From Polyangiales bacterium (GTDB lineage Bacteria > Myxococcota_A > Polyangia > Polyangiales > Ga0077539), in contig JBGARZ010000012.1 in the NCBI GenBank assembly GCA_044229975.1, positions 160,001 through 224,000 of the forward strand: a DNA stretch of 64,000 bases, read 5' to 3'. Position numbers and translations under genes: made by a program. Of the stretch, positions 38,779-48,478 are shown one piece after another. How positions within the stretch are numbered: the stretch's first letter is position 1; each line of letters starts with the position of its first letter. The notes beneath the pieces are model-generated. The model did no database searches. It saw nothing but the letters and a program-made list of their open reading frames with translations, and had not been told where the DNA came from.

Positions 38779-40122
38779 TCACTCCGTCGCGGTGAGCCCG
38801 TGGCGACGCAGCAACGCGCGCAGGTGCTTGCGATCTACGCCCGACTGCCGCGACGCGGCCGACAGGTTTCCCTGACATGCGTCCATCAGCGAGCGCAGGT
38901 ACCGCCGCTCGAAGGCATGCAGCACCAGCGACTTGCTCTCGTCCCACGGAACGTCCGCCGTCACCGCGGGCCACGGGTCGTCCACCGCGGCGAGTCCATC
39001 GATGGCGATGCGCAGCTCACCGAAGGACCTCGCGCGCGGTGAAAGCGCGACGGCGCGGTCGATGACGTTGCGGAGCTCGCGCACGTTGCCGGGCCAGTCG
39101 TGGCCCATGAGCGCGTCGAGCCCGGCGCCCTCCACCACGCCAGGCTCCAGGCCGCGGCGGCGCAGAAGCTCGGCGACGAGCAGCGGGAGATCCTCGCGGC
39201 GCTGGCGCAGCGGGGAGAGCGTCACGCGCACCACGGACAGGCGGTAGTAGAGGTCGGAGCGGAAGGTCCCATCGGCCACCTGCGCGAGCAGGTCGTGGCG
39301 CGAGGCGGCGAGCAGACGAACGTCGGCGGGGCGGTCGTCGTCGGCCCCCACCGGGCGCACACGACGGGTCTCCACGGCGCGGAGCAAGCGCGCCTGAACC
39401 GCGGGTGAGACGCCGCCGAGCTCGTCGAGGAAGAGGGTTCCGCCGTGGGCGCGGGCGAAGGCGCCGGCGCGCTGGGCGCTCGCTCCGGTGAAGGCGCCCT
39501 TCACGTGGCCGAAGAGCTCACTCTCCAACAACGACTCAGGGAGGGCGCCGCAGTCGATGGCGACGAAGGGCTTGTGGCGTCGCGGCGAGAGGTCGTGCAC
39601 GGCGCGGGCGGCGAGCTCCTTGCCCGTCCCCGTCTCGCCTTCGAGGAGCACGGTGACGTCGGAGTCGGCCGCGAGTTCGAGCACCGCGAACGCCTCGCGC
39701 AACGAGAGGCTCTCGCCCACGAGCTCACCGCACCGACGCGAGCGCGACGGCGCCACCTCCAGCGCACGCGCGACGGGCACCACGCGCACGAAGCTCCGAC
39801 CGAGCTTGAGCGTCGCGCCCAACGGAACCGTCGACTGATGGACCAGCGCGCCTTCGTAGAGGGTTCCGTTGGTGGAGTCGTGGTCGGTGACTGCGAAGCG
39901 CCCGGCCGCGGCCTGGAGCGTGACGTGGCGGCGCGACACGCGCTCGTCGGTGAGCACGAGCTCGCACGCGGGGTCGGTGCCGAGCGTGACCGCACCGTCG
40001 GGCAACGGGAGCGCGACGGCGCGACCGGCGTCGGGGCCTTCGATGACGACGACCTGGCAGCGGGGTGTTCCGGTGAGGCCGGGCAGCGACGCGGTGTGGA
40101 CGGTGGCCGTGGGGTCGCTCAT
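38779..40122 (-). CDS. FHA-domain sigma54-dependent enhancer-binding protein (Fis HTH)
   Basis: VSRRH..DSTNGT FHA; GETGTGKE, ESELFGH, GAFTGA, LFLDE, WPGNVREL; C-terminal HTH. Confidence 0.93.
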   Translation of the reverse strand: MSDPTATVHTASLPGLTGTPRCQVVVIEGPDAGRAVALPLPDGAVTLGTDPACELVLTDERVSRRHVTLQAAAGRFAVTDHDSTNGTLYEGALVHQSTVPLGATLKLGRSFVRVVPVARALEVAPSRSRRCGELVGESLSLREAFAVLELAADSDVTVLLEGETGTGKELAARAVHDLSPRRHKPFVAIDCGALPESLLESELFGHVKGAFTGASAQRAGAFARAHGGTLFLDELGGVSPAVQARLLRAVETRRVRPVGADDDRPADVRLLAASRHDLLAQVADGTFRSDLYYRLSVVRVTLSPLRQRREDLPLLVAELLRRRGLEPGVVEGAGLDALMGHDWPGNVRELRNVIDRAVALSPRARSFGELRIAIDGLAAVDDPWPAVTADVPWDESKSLVLHAFERRYLRSLMDACQGNLSAASRQSGVDRKHLRALLRRHGLTATE

Positions 40123-40471
40123 CGGGTTGCGCGTACGATACGCGAGACGCCCCTCACTCCAGCGCCGCGCACACCACACGATCGGCGTCGACGCGGCACA
40201 CGTCCCCGCGCGCGGCGCCGCAGCCCGACGCCCGACGCGTCGCGAGGCAGCCGAACCCGCAGTGCCGCGCGTCGCTCGCCGCGAGGCAGGCGCGCTCGCC
40301 CGCCGGGTCGTAGACGACCGCTGGCGTGTCGAGCGGCGAGCGTCACCCACAGCGCCGCGAACCCCGACCAGCAAGCCCGTCGCGAAGCCATCATCGCCGA
40401 CCTCCTCCGCCGCCCCTACGCCCACCAGAGACGCCGACGCTCAACGACCACGGGCCGCGACCTATTCTCGC

Positions 40472-40610
40472 TCAGCGACGGATCACCAGCTTGGGGACGT
40501 TGTCGATCCACGCCCGCGCGGCGGCGTCCCAGGGCACCACGGTGGTCGCCACGGCGGCGAGGTCGAGCCGAGCTTCTGCGCGACGGCGAGCATGCCCGCG
40601 CGAGAGCGCG
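40472..40610 (-). pseudogene. Possible C-terminal remnant of a zinc-dependent alcohol dehydrogenase-like gene
   Basis: SRGHARR..RLDLAAVATTVVPWDAAARAWIDNVPKLVIRR* with coding-like codons and no intact 5' part. Confidence 0.35.
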
Positions 40611-40762
40611 ACGCGGGGCACCGCATGGCAGGTCGTTTCCGCGGTCCGTCCGGGCCTGGAGGCGGAGGCGGGTGTTTCTGCTGGCGGAGGTCACGCGGCG
40701 GTAGGGCCCTGAATCCCATTGATGATCATTGCGCCCCACCAGACTCTCGTCGGGCCCAGCGA

Positions 40763-42202
40763 TCAGACGTAGTTGGTGAACACCCGCGGGATGCTGACCG
40801 CCTCCGAGAGCGCGTCGCAGAGGCGCATCGCCTGCGAGAGCGGGCGCTCCTCCCCCATGGCGACGACCGCGATGGCGCCGAGGTAGTCCTTCGCGCGAAC
40901 GTAGCTGAGCGAGAGCACCTTCGACACCTCGGTGCGCGCGTACTTCGAGGTCAGCTTTCGCAGCGCCAGCAACCCCGCCTCGGCGAGGTCGTGTTGGCTC
41001 GCGGCGAGCCCGATGGACTTCAACGCCGACGCCTTGGCGCCGCCTGTAAGCGCGACAGCTTGCGCGAGGGCATCGTTCAGGAGCGCTGTCCCGCGGGTGT
41101 TTTCGCCCACCTGGGCGAGCGCGATGCCGAGCGCGGCGAGGTTCTCGCTCGGGGTCGACCCACCGTCGCTGAGCGCGTTGCGGAGGGTGAGCTCGTGAGC
41201 GTTGGCGAGCGCGAGAGTGGCCACCGGGTCGACCGCCCAGCGGACCCGGAAGGGATTGACGAACACGCCAAGGCCGTCGTGGAGCGTGACGTCGGTCGCG
41301 CCCGCATCGAGGTACCGCGCGCTCAGGGCGAGCAGCGGGGCCTCGCCGGGCGCGTGCTTCCGGGCCGTCGCCACCACCGTACGAGCGAGGTCGACGTGGC
41401 CCGCGGCGCCGAGCCTCAGCGCCACGGTCGCGCAGGCGTCGTCGCCGTACGACGGGCTGGCGGCGAACGCGGCGACCATCTCGACGAGGGCATCGGGGTG
41501 GGACGTTGCCGCGACGAGGGCGCTCTCCTTGAGCGCGGTCGAGACGTGGATGCCGTTGTTCTGCGCGAAGGTCTGGTGCCAGCTCGCGAAGCCCGCCACG
41601 TCGCCGCGCTCCACCGCGCGCCGCACGATGAGCTCCGCGGCCCGCGCGTCGTCGAACGACAGCCACGAGCCGCCGCCGTGCTCGCGGAGGTGCTCCTTCA
41701 ACAGCGCATCGCGACCGAGCAGCGCGTATGCGATGGAGAGGTGCGGCCACGGTTGGGTGGGGTTGCTCTTCTCGTTCTTCGCGCAACGCAGGGCCTCGGC
41801 GAGCGCGCGGTCGACGCCGGTCTCGTCGCCGAGCGCCCCGTAGGCGTAGGCCGTTGCGCGCCACGCGAGGGTGCCCTCTTCGCCCTGCACGTCGGGGTGC
41901 TGGAGGCGTTCGTGCGCCTCGGTCAGCGCATTGCGGGCGGCCTCGGTCTGACCCGCGAGCGCGAGGCCCTCGGCGACGTGGGCCATGCCCCGCGCCATCC
42001 ATGAGGGATGGGTGACCCGCGCGAGCACGGACCGCGCCCGCTCGTCACCGAGGCCCTTCGCGAGCGCCACCAGCGACCCGAGCAGCACCTGACCCTGCCA
42101 GTACCCGTCGCCCACCGCGACGACCTTGAGGTCGAGCGCGTCGGCGAGGGTGCGGAGGTCGCTCGGACCGTTCTTGCCTGGAGCCTTTGGTGCTTTGGCC
42201 AT
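40763..42202 (-). CDS. Hypothetical helical-repeat (TPR-like) protein
   Basis: Ala/Leu-rich helical repeats; coding-like codon usage. Confidence 0.75.
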   Translation of the reverse strand: MAKAPKAPGKNGPSDLRTLADALDLKVVAVGDGYWQGQVLLGSLVALAKGLGDERARSVLARVTHPSWMARGMAHVAEGLALAGQTEAARNALTEAHERLQHPDVQGEEGTLAWRATAYAYGALGDETGVDRALAEALRCAKNEKSNPTQPWPHLSIAYALLGRDALLKEHLREHGGGSWLSFDDARAAELIVRRAVERGDVAGFASWHQTFAQNNGIHVSTALKESALVAATSHPDALVEMVAAFAASPSYGDDACATVALRLGAAGHVDLARTVVATARKHAPGEAPLLALSARYLDAGATDVTLHDGLGVFVNPFRVRWAVDPVATLALANAHELTLRNALSDGGSTPSENLAALGIALAQVGENTRGTALLNDALAQAVALTGGAKASALKSIGLAASQHDLAEAGLLALRKLTSKYARTEVSKVLSLSYVRAKDYLGAIAVVAMGEERPLSQAMRLCDALSEAVSIPRVFTNYV

Positions 42203-42272
42203 GGTGGTTGGCGGCGAGACTGCGCGCGTCGATGGGGTCGGCGCAACGGCCTGTCGTGTTGTCGATGCGACG

Positions 42273-43718
42273 CTACTTGCCGAGGGCGTCGAGCTTGCGG
42301 CGAGCCTGTTCGGTGAGCGCGTCGGCGGGGTGGTGCGTGACCAGCGCCTGCAACGCCACGCGCGCTTGATCGAGTCTGCCCGCCTGTTCGTAGAGCTCGG
42401 CGCCGATCCAGTAGGCGCGCGGGGCTTCGGGCGCCCGGGCGTGGTGACGGTGCATCTCTGCGACGGCGTCGAGCGCGACGGCGGCATGGGCCTCGCGGCG
42501 CGCGGCGGTGATCACCCGCTGGAGGGTCTCGGGGTCGTGCACGACCTCGGGGACGTTGCGGCGCGCGAGCGTCCAGCGCTCGACGACGCCACGATGGTCG
42601 GCCGCCTGGGATGCGTGGGCGATCACCGACCGGGTGAGCCGCGCGGCCGCCGTCACGTCACTCGACCGCGCCGCGCGCAGCCCGAGCTCGAACGCCTCGG
42701 TGTGTGCGGGGTCGCGAGCGAGGAGTTCGTCCGCCTTCGCGAGGGCCTCGGCGGGGCGACCGGCTTCGAGGTGGAGCGTCGCCTCGACGAAGGCGGGGTC
42801 GGCCTCGAAGACCACGGACTCGGCAGCGGAGGCGGCCTCCATCCGACGATCGACGCCGGTGGCGACGAGGACCCCGGCGGTGGCGAGGCCCATGACGAAG
42901 CCGCCCACGTGCGCCGAGTAGGCCACGCCGACGCTGGCCACGGCCTCGATGCGCGCCATGAGGAGCTGCTCCGCGAACCAGAAGAGCAGCGCGACCCAGG
43001 CGGGCGAGGAGAAGGTTCCGTAGCGGGGACGGAGGCCGAAGAAGAAGAACAGGTACGCGAAGCGGATGCGGGTCTTCGCGAAGACGACGGTGAACGCACC
43101 CATGGCCGCCGCGATGGCTCCGGACGCGCCGATGAGCGCCGGGCCGTGCGGGTGCAGCAGCCGAAACGCGAGGGCCGCGACCAGCGCGCCCGCGAGGTAG
43201 AACGCGAGGAATCGGAGCCGACCCCAGCGGTCTTCGAGGTTGAGGCCCACCAACCAGAGCATGAGCATGTTGCCCAGCAGGTGCATCCAGCCGCCGTGCG
43301 CGAAGGCGTAGGTGACCATGCGGAGGGGTCCGCTGACGCCGGGGTGATACGCGAGGGCGTAGCTCGGGGGCAGCGCTTCGAGCTGGCGCAGGAGCGCGCC
43401 GGTCGTCTCGATGCGATCGCGCACGGCGTCTGCCTCGGGGCTCACGCCGCCCTCGCGCACGGCGTTGACGAAGTCCTGACCGCGGATGGACGGTTGACCG
43501 CGAGCGGCCCGCGTCTCGTTCTCCTGCACCCACATCTGGCGGAGTTCGTCTTGCGCCGCGCGCAGCGTGGCGGCCGCCTCATCGCGCTGTCGGCCGGTGT
43601 CGGCCGCACCGGGGACGAAGCCGAGCTGCGCGATGAGGCACAGGAGCGCGATGACGATGGAGACCCACGGCAGCTTCCGCACCGTCATCTCCTCGTGGCC
43701 GATGGGAACGATGATCAC
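42273..43718 (-). CDS. Rhomboid intramembrane serine protease with C-terminal TPR region
   Basis: FAHGGWMHLLGNM, GASGA catalytic Ser, AHVGG catalytic His. Confidence 0.93.
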   Translation of the reverse strand: MIIVPIGHEEMTVRKLPWVSIVIALLCLIAQLGFVPGAADTGRQRDEAAATLRAAQDELRQMWVQENETRAARGQPSIRGQDFVNAVREGGVSPEADAVRDRIETTGALLRQLEALPPSYALAYHPGVSGPLRMVTYAFAHGGWMHLLGNMLMLWLVGLNLEDRWGRLRFLAFYLAGALVAALAFRLLHPHGPALIGASGAIAAAMGAFTVVFAKTRIRFAYLFFFFGLRPRYGTFSSPAWVALLFWFAEQLLMARIEAVASVGVAYSAHVGGFVMGLATAGVLVATGVDRRMEAASAAESVVFEADPAFVEATLHLEAGRPAEALAKADELLARDPAHTEAFELGLRAARSSDVTAAARLTRSVIAHASQAADHRGVVERWTLARRNVPEVVHDPETLQRVITAARREAHAAVALDAVAEMHRHHARAPEAPRAYWIGAELYEQAGRLDQARVALQALVTHHPADALTEQARRKLDALGK

Positions 43719-43786
43719 GCGCAGCCCTCCATCCGCTTCTCTATCACGCCCCTGGCGTGACCGGGCAGCGCGGCGATGGGCGTACG

Positions 43787-44695
43787 ATGCGCGGCGTGAG
43801 CGAGCTGCCGCGACAGGTCGGGCCGTTTCGGGTGCTGCGTCGGTTGGGGGTCGGCGGCGCGGGCGAGGTGCTGCTGGCGGTGGCGCACGGCGCGGGCGGC
43901 TTCGAGAAGCGCGTGGCGCTCAAGGTGCTGCGCGAAGAGCTGCGCGGCGACCCGGACTACGAGCGGCTGCTGCTGGACGAAGCGCGGCGGGCGGCGAGGT
44001 TCGATCACCCGAACCTGGTGGGTGTTCATGACGTCGGGGTGTCCAACGGCGTGTACTGGGTGCGCATGGATTGGGTCGACGGCGCCGACCTCGCGACGCT
44101 GATGGCCAACGGCGGGGCAGTGGTGGAAGAGGGCGTGGCGCTGGCCGTGGCGCACGCGGTGGTGGAGGCGCTGGCGTACCTGCACGGGCTGCGCGACGAG
44201 GCGGGCCGAGAGCTCGGGCTGGTGCACCGCGACGTGTCACCGGGCAACGTGCTCATCGGGAAGAACGGCGCGGTGAAGCTGGGCGACTTCGGGCTGGCGA
44301 AGGCGACCGCGCACCGGGAGGACACGCGGGCGGGCGTGCGCAAGGGGAAGTACGCGTACATGAGCCCGGAGCAGGTGCGCGGCGAGGTGCTGGGCGCGGC
44401 GAGCGATCGCTTCGCCGTGGGCGTGATGCTCGCGGAGATGCTGACGGGGCGGCGTCCGTTTGGTGGGGACGGCGTGCTGGAGACGATGGAGCGCATCCGA
44501 GAAGCGACGCTGAGCGACGACGCGCTGACGGGCATGGCAGCGGACGTGGCGGCGGTGGTGCGGCGGTGCCTGAAGCGGGACGCGGGCGAGCGGTACGCGA
44601 CGACAGAGGCGCTGAGCGCGGCGCTGGGTGAGCTGCGGGCGGTGCGCGAGGGGCGATCGGTGGGGCCGTGGGTGGTGGAGCGGTTGGCGTCGTAG
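43787..44695 (+). CDS. Ser/Thr protein kinase (catalytic domain only)
   Basis: GVGGAG, VALK, HRDVSPGN, DFG, YMSPEQ. Confidence 0.92.
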   Translation: MRGVSELPRQVGPFRVLRRLGVGGAGEVLLAVAHGAGGFEKRVALKVLREELRGDPDYERLLLDEARRAARFDHPNLVGVHDVGVSNGVYWVRMDWVDGADLATLMANGGAVVEEGVALAVAHAVVEALAYLHGLRDEAGRELGLVHRDVSPGNVLIGKNGAVKLGDFGLAKATAHREDTRAGVRKGKYAYMSPEQVRGEVLGAASDRFAVGVMLAEMLTGRRPFGGDGVLETMERIREATLSDDALTGMAADVAAVVRRCLKRDAGERYATTEALSAALGELRAVREGRSVGPWVVERLAS

Positions 44696-44706
44696 CGGGG
44701 CGCCCG

Positions 44707-46074
44707 TCACCCCCCGCGCGAGTCGATTTCCGTGGCGCGCGGGTCCAACAGGTAGCCCCGCTCGTCCCTCGTCAGCGCGTCGCCCAGTCCGAGTCGGCGC
44801 AGCGTGCTCATGGCGACGTGCACCCGGTGAGGCCCCGAGTCGCCCACCGGCCGCTGACCCGCCCACGCCAGCCGGACGATCTCCTCCACCTCGACGCCCT
44901 GCCCTGGCCGCTCGACCCGCGCATCCACGAGCGCACGCAGCACCCGCGCCAGCGCATGACGCCCCTCCAGCGAGACGGCCTCCTCGCCCGGCACATGCAG
45001 CCAGCGGGCGTCGCGCGCCACCACCACCACCGCGGTCACCTTCGACGGCGCGACCCCGACGCTCGCCGTCGTCGACCCCGCGAGCGCGTGGTCCATCGAC
45101 GCCGTGCGGGGCAGCGGGCTGTCGTCGGCCGCGGGCGCGAGGTGCTCGCGGACGAAGCGATCGAGGCCGAGCAGGTCGTCGTCCCAGCGCGCGCGCAACA
45201 TCGCGACCAGCAGCGCGTGCTGCAACCGCGGCGCCCGCCCATGGGCCCGCACGCACGACTCCCGAACGAGGTGCGGCAGGTCCTCCCCGCGCGCCGCCAG
45301 CGGTGGGAGCGCGATGACCCGCGCACCGAGCGATCGCACCAGGGCGTCGCGCGCGACACCCGGGTCGTCGGGGCGGTCGGGCCACCAGAGCATCGTGAGG
45401 CGGGAACGGAGAGCGGCGAGCAGCTCGTCCTGCCAGACCGCGTCGGCGAAGGGCAGCGGACCCACCAGCGCCGCGCGATCGACCGCGCGCGCGACGAGCG
45501 CCGCGAGGTCACCCGATGGACTTGTCGGCAGCGCGAGAAGAGAGGCAGGCGGATCGAGCCGCGACGCGAGGGCGGCCGCGACCGCATCGACGCCGACGAA
45601 AGGCTTTCCGCGCAGCAACACCACCGACGACCCGACGTCCTGCAGCGCGCTCGCCACCCACGCCATCGCCTCGCTGAACGCCGGAAACCCCGCCCCCGTC
45701 ACCACCGGCGGGAGCCGCGCCACGCTGCGCGCCACGAAGGTCACGCTGCCCACACGCAGCACCTCGCCGCTGCGAAGCGACGCCTCGGTGACGCGCGTGG
45801 CGTCGTGCCAGGTTCCGTTGCTGCTGCCGAGGTCGGTGACGGTGAGCGTGTCGGCGCCCGCCTCGACGCGCGCGTGACGCCGCGACACGCCGGGGTCGTC
45901 GAGCACCTCCGACGCCAGCGCCGCGTCGCGTCCCAGCGTGAGCGAGTCGCCGCGCGGCACGCAGATGCGTCGCCCGAGGAGCGCCGCGTCGCGGTGATCG
46001 ACGACGGTGAGCACCCAGTGCGGTTGCTCCGCGGGCGCGGCGTCGTCGAGGGTGACGGTGCGGGCCGAGCTCAT
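44707..46074 (-). CDS. FHA + degenerate sigma54-AAA + C-terminal winged-HTH regulator
   Basis: VSRRH..GSSNGT; remnant LPPLAARGEDL but no Walker A or GAFTGA; C-terminal RVHVAMSTLRRLGL..GYLLD. Confidence 0.75.
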   Translation of the reverse strand: MSSARTVTLDDAAPAEQPHWVLTVVDHRDAALLGRRICVPRGDSLTLGRDAALASEVLDDPGVSRRHARVEAGADTLTVTDLGSSNGTWHDATRVTEASLRSGEVLRVGSVTFVARSVARLPPVVTGAGFPAFSEAMAWVASALQDVGSSVVLLRGKPFVGVDAVAAALASRLDPPASLLALPTSPSGDLAALVARAVDRAALVGPLPFADAVWQDELLAALRSRLTMLWWPDRPDDPGVARDALVRSLGARVIALPPLAARGEDLPHLVRESCVRAHGRAPRLQHALLVAMLRARWDDDLLGLDRFVREHLAPAADDSPLPRTASMDHALAGSTTASVGVAPSKVTAVVVVARDARWLHVPGEEAVSLEGRHALARVLRALVDARVERPGQGVEVEEIVRLAWAGQRPVGDSGPHRVHVAMSTLRRLGLGDALTRDERGYLLDPRATEIDSRGG

Positions 46075-47081
46075 CAGAAGCTCCACGCGAGGCCGAGGCC
46101 ACCGCGCGCGGCGCCGACGGTCACGGGGCGATGCGACGGAGGGACGAGTCGCCACACGAGGCCCGCCACGACGGCCGCGCTGCCGACGGAGAGAGCAACA
46201 ATGGAGAGGTCACGGTAGAGCCCGGCGCTGTCGTGGAGGTCACGGGCGTTGGCGTCGGGCGCGCACTCGATGGCCTCGGTCGCGGGGTCGTCGGCGGCAC
46301 CGCAGCGGGCTCGCAGCGACGACACGGCGTCACCGCGCAGCACCGAGAAGACCACGGCGCCCGTGAGCACCGCCGCGCCGGCGCCGACGAGCACCCAGGG
46401 CGCGACCGACCGATGAGGCTCGATCGCGACGGGCGGTGGTGCAACAGGCCGAACGACAACGGGTGCAGAGACAACAGGTGCGACGACGACGGGGGTCGGT
46501 GCGACGGGTTCGGGGCGTGGGGTCTCGGCGACGAGGGAGACCTCCTCGCGCAGCGTGGCGCGTGCGGCGACGATGACCGGGCGCTCCAGCGGGTGGTGGC
46601 CGGGGGCGGTGATGCGGAGCACGACGGTTCCGACCGGGACGCGCAGCGGGGCGGGCAGCGGGAGTGTTCCGGCGGGGCGGTCGTCGACGAGCACGGTCGC
46701 GCCGACGGGGCGGCCTTCGAGGGTGAGGGAGCCGAGGTGTTCGCGCACGGCGACGAGGGCGGCGCGGAGCGTGGGGGTGTTGCGGGCGATCCAGGGGTCG
46801 GCGGCGGCGAGGGCTTCGAGCAGGTGGCGCTCGGCATCGACCCAGCGACCGAGGGCCTGCTCGGCGAGGGCGATCTGGGCGAGCGTCGAGGCCGCGCGAT
46901 CGAGCGCCCAGGCGGCCTCGAAGGAGCGCAGCGCGTCGGCGTCCCGCTGCGCCCGCCGGGCGGCGAAGCCCTCGCGGAGGAGGACCTGCACGTCGGAAGT
47001 CTGGGCGTGCACGGGCGTCGCTCCAGCGAGCAGGAGCGCGCAGAGCAGAGCACCCGCCGCGTGTCGTCGCCTCGTCTGCAC
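46074..47081 (-). CDS. TPR + PEGA domain exported protein
   Basis: Signal peptide; TPR-like helices; GATVLVDD..GTLPL..VPVG..APGH PEGA; C-terminal TM segments ending in F; start uncertain. Confidence 0.8.
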   Translation of the reverse strand: MQTRRRHAAGALLCALLLAGATPVHAQTSDVQVLLREGFAARRAQRDADALRSFEAAWALDRAASTLAQIALAEQALGRWVDAERHLLEALAAADPWIARNTPTLRAALVAVREHLGSLTLEGRPVGATVLVDDRPAGTLPLPAPLRVPVGTVVLRITAPGHHPLERPVIVAARATLREEVSLVAETPRPEPVAPTPVVVAPVVSAPVVVRPVAPPPVAIEPHRSVAPWVLVGAGAAVLTGAVVFSVLRGDAVSSLRARCGAADDPATEAIECAPDANARDLHDSAGLYRDLSIVALSVGSAAVVAGLVWRLVPPSHRPVTVGAARGGLGLAWSF

Positions 47082-47184
47082 CGTTCTGTCTATGTCTACA
47101 CGAAGCCCACGGCCCCGGTCTCGCACTGCGGAGGCGAGCGCTTCGGCTTCAGCCCGGCCGTTGAAGGGCATAGCCTCGTGCCCG

Positions 47185-48276
47185 GTGAACTCCGTCTCCG
47201 TCGTGCTGGGTCTCGCGTTGTTCACCGCGGGGGCGAGCGCGCAACAGGTCACCGTGGTGGCGGGCGGCGACGTGCTCGTGCATCGCAGCGTGGCGCTCAC
47301 CGCGGCCTCGCACGCGGCGGAGGGCGGCTTCGACTGGGTGCTTGCGCCGTTGCGCTCGGAGCTGCCCGACGACGCGGTGGCCTTCGCCAACCTGGAGAGC
47401 CCGCTGTCCGAGCGGCACCGGCGGCCGGGCGACTTCCGGATGCCCATCCTCGGCGCCGACCCCGACCTGGCGAGGGCGTTGGGTGCCGTGGGCTTCGACG
47501 TCGTGTCGGTCGCCAACAACCATGCCTTCGACCAGACGGGCGACGGGCTCTTCGAGACGACCGAGGCCCTGCGCGCGGCCCACGTCGGCTTCGCGGGCGC
47601 GGGGCGCACCTACGTCGAAGCCGGCGCCGTGAGCGTGGTCGAACGCAACCGGCTGCGCGTCGGCGTGGTGGCCTTCACCGATCACCTCAACGCGAGCACG
47701 GGGCCCAACCGGCATCGTCTCCTCCTGGGCGTGGCCGTGGGTGGAGACCGCGTGGTCGCCGCGCTGCGGGCCGCACGGAGGAGGGCCGACGTGGTGGTGC
47801 TGTCGATCCACTGGGGGCGCGACTTCACGTACGCCCCGAGTGCCGCGCAGCGCGCGCTCGCCCGCCGCTGGGTCGACGCGGGCGCCGACCTCATCGTCGG
47901 GACGGGTCCCCACGTGCTCCAGCGCGTCGAGCGCATGGGATCACCGCGCGGCGACGCCGTGGTCGCGTGGTCGATGGGAAACCTCGTGTCCAACCAGGGC
48001 TTCGGCTACCGCGAGGGCACGGCGACGCCTTCTCGCAACGATCCGGCGACGGCGCCGTATGCGCGCGACGGAGCGCTGCTGCGAGTGAGCTTCGAGCGTG
48101 GGGCCCGCCGCTCGGTGCACGTCCGTGGGTTGGAGGCGGTGCCGCTGTGGACCGAGCACAACGAAGGCGGGTGCGTGCGCGCGTCGCCGCTGCGGGAGGC
48201 TCCGCCGACGATGCGCGCCGAGCGGCGGGTGGCGATCGCGCGGGCGCTCGGGAGCGCTGTCACGCTGCGTGAGTGA
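47185..48276 (+). CDS. CapA family (PGA_cap) metallophosphoesterase-like protein
   Basis: GGDV, ANLESP, VANNHAFD, SIHWG, GTGPHVLQ, SMGN. Confidence 0.9.
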   Translation: MNSVSVVLGLALFTAGASAQQVTVVAGGDVLVHRSVALTAASHAAEGGFDWVLAPLRSELPDDAVAFANLESPLSERHRRPGDFRMPILGADPDLARALGAVGFDVVSVANNHAFDQTGDGLFETTEALRAAHVGFAGAGRTYVEAGAVSVVERNRLRVGVVAFTDHLNASTGPNRHRLLLGVAVGGDRVVAALRAARRRADVVVLSIHWGRDFTYAPSAAQRALARRWVDAGADLIVGTGPHVLQRVERMGSPRGDAVVAWSMGNLVSNQGFGYREGTATPSRNDPATAPYARDGALLRVSFERGARRSVHVRGLEAVPLWTEHNEGGCVRASPLREAPPTMRAERRVAIARALGSAVTLRE

Positions 48277-48375
48277 CCGTCACGCGGGCGGTGGGTCGAC
48301 GAGCTGCACGTCGCGCGCGATGACGCGGATGAAGGATCTCCATGGGTTGACCACTCCCCTTGGAGATCCACGGAC

Positions 48376-48421
48376 CGCCACCCCCGCCGCCACCCTGCCG
48401 CCACCCGCCGCCACCCCGCCG
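48376..48421 (+). repeat. Short imperfect tandem repeat of GCCGCCACCC
   Basis: Four imperfect units following a GGATCTCCA/TGGAGATCC hairpin. Confidence 0.55.
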
Positions 48422-48478
48422 ACGACGGCGTTTCTCGATGATTCTCGTTGGCACGCTCCGCGCTCTGCGAGCGCTGCG

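Noticed and set aside
47185..48276. Poly-gamma-glutamate capsule locus
   Set aside because: CapA-family gene is alone; no capB/capC
48449..48464. Sigma54 promoter TGGCACG-CTCC-GCGC before the Rpn-like gene
   Set aside because: The -12 element lacks TT; too weak to call in a GC-rich background
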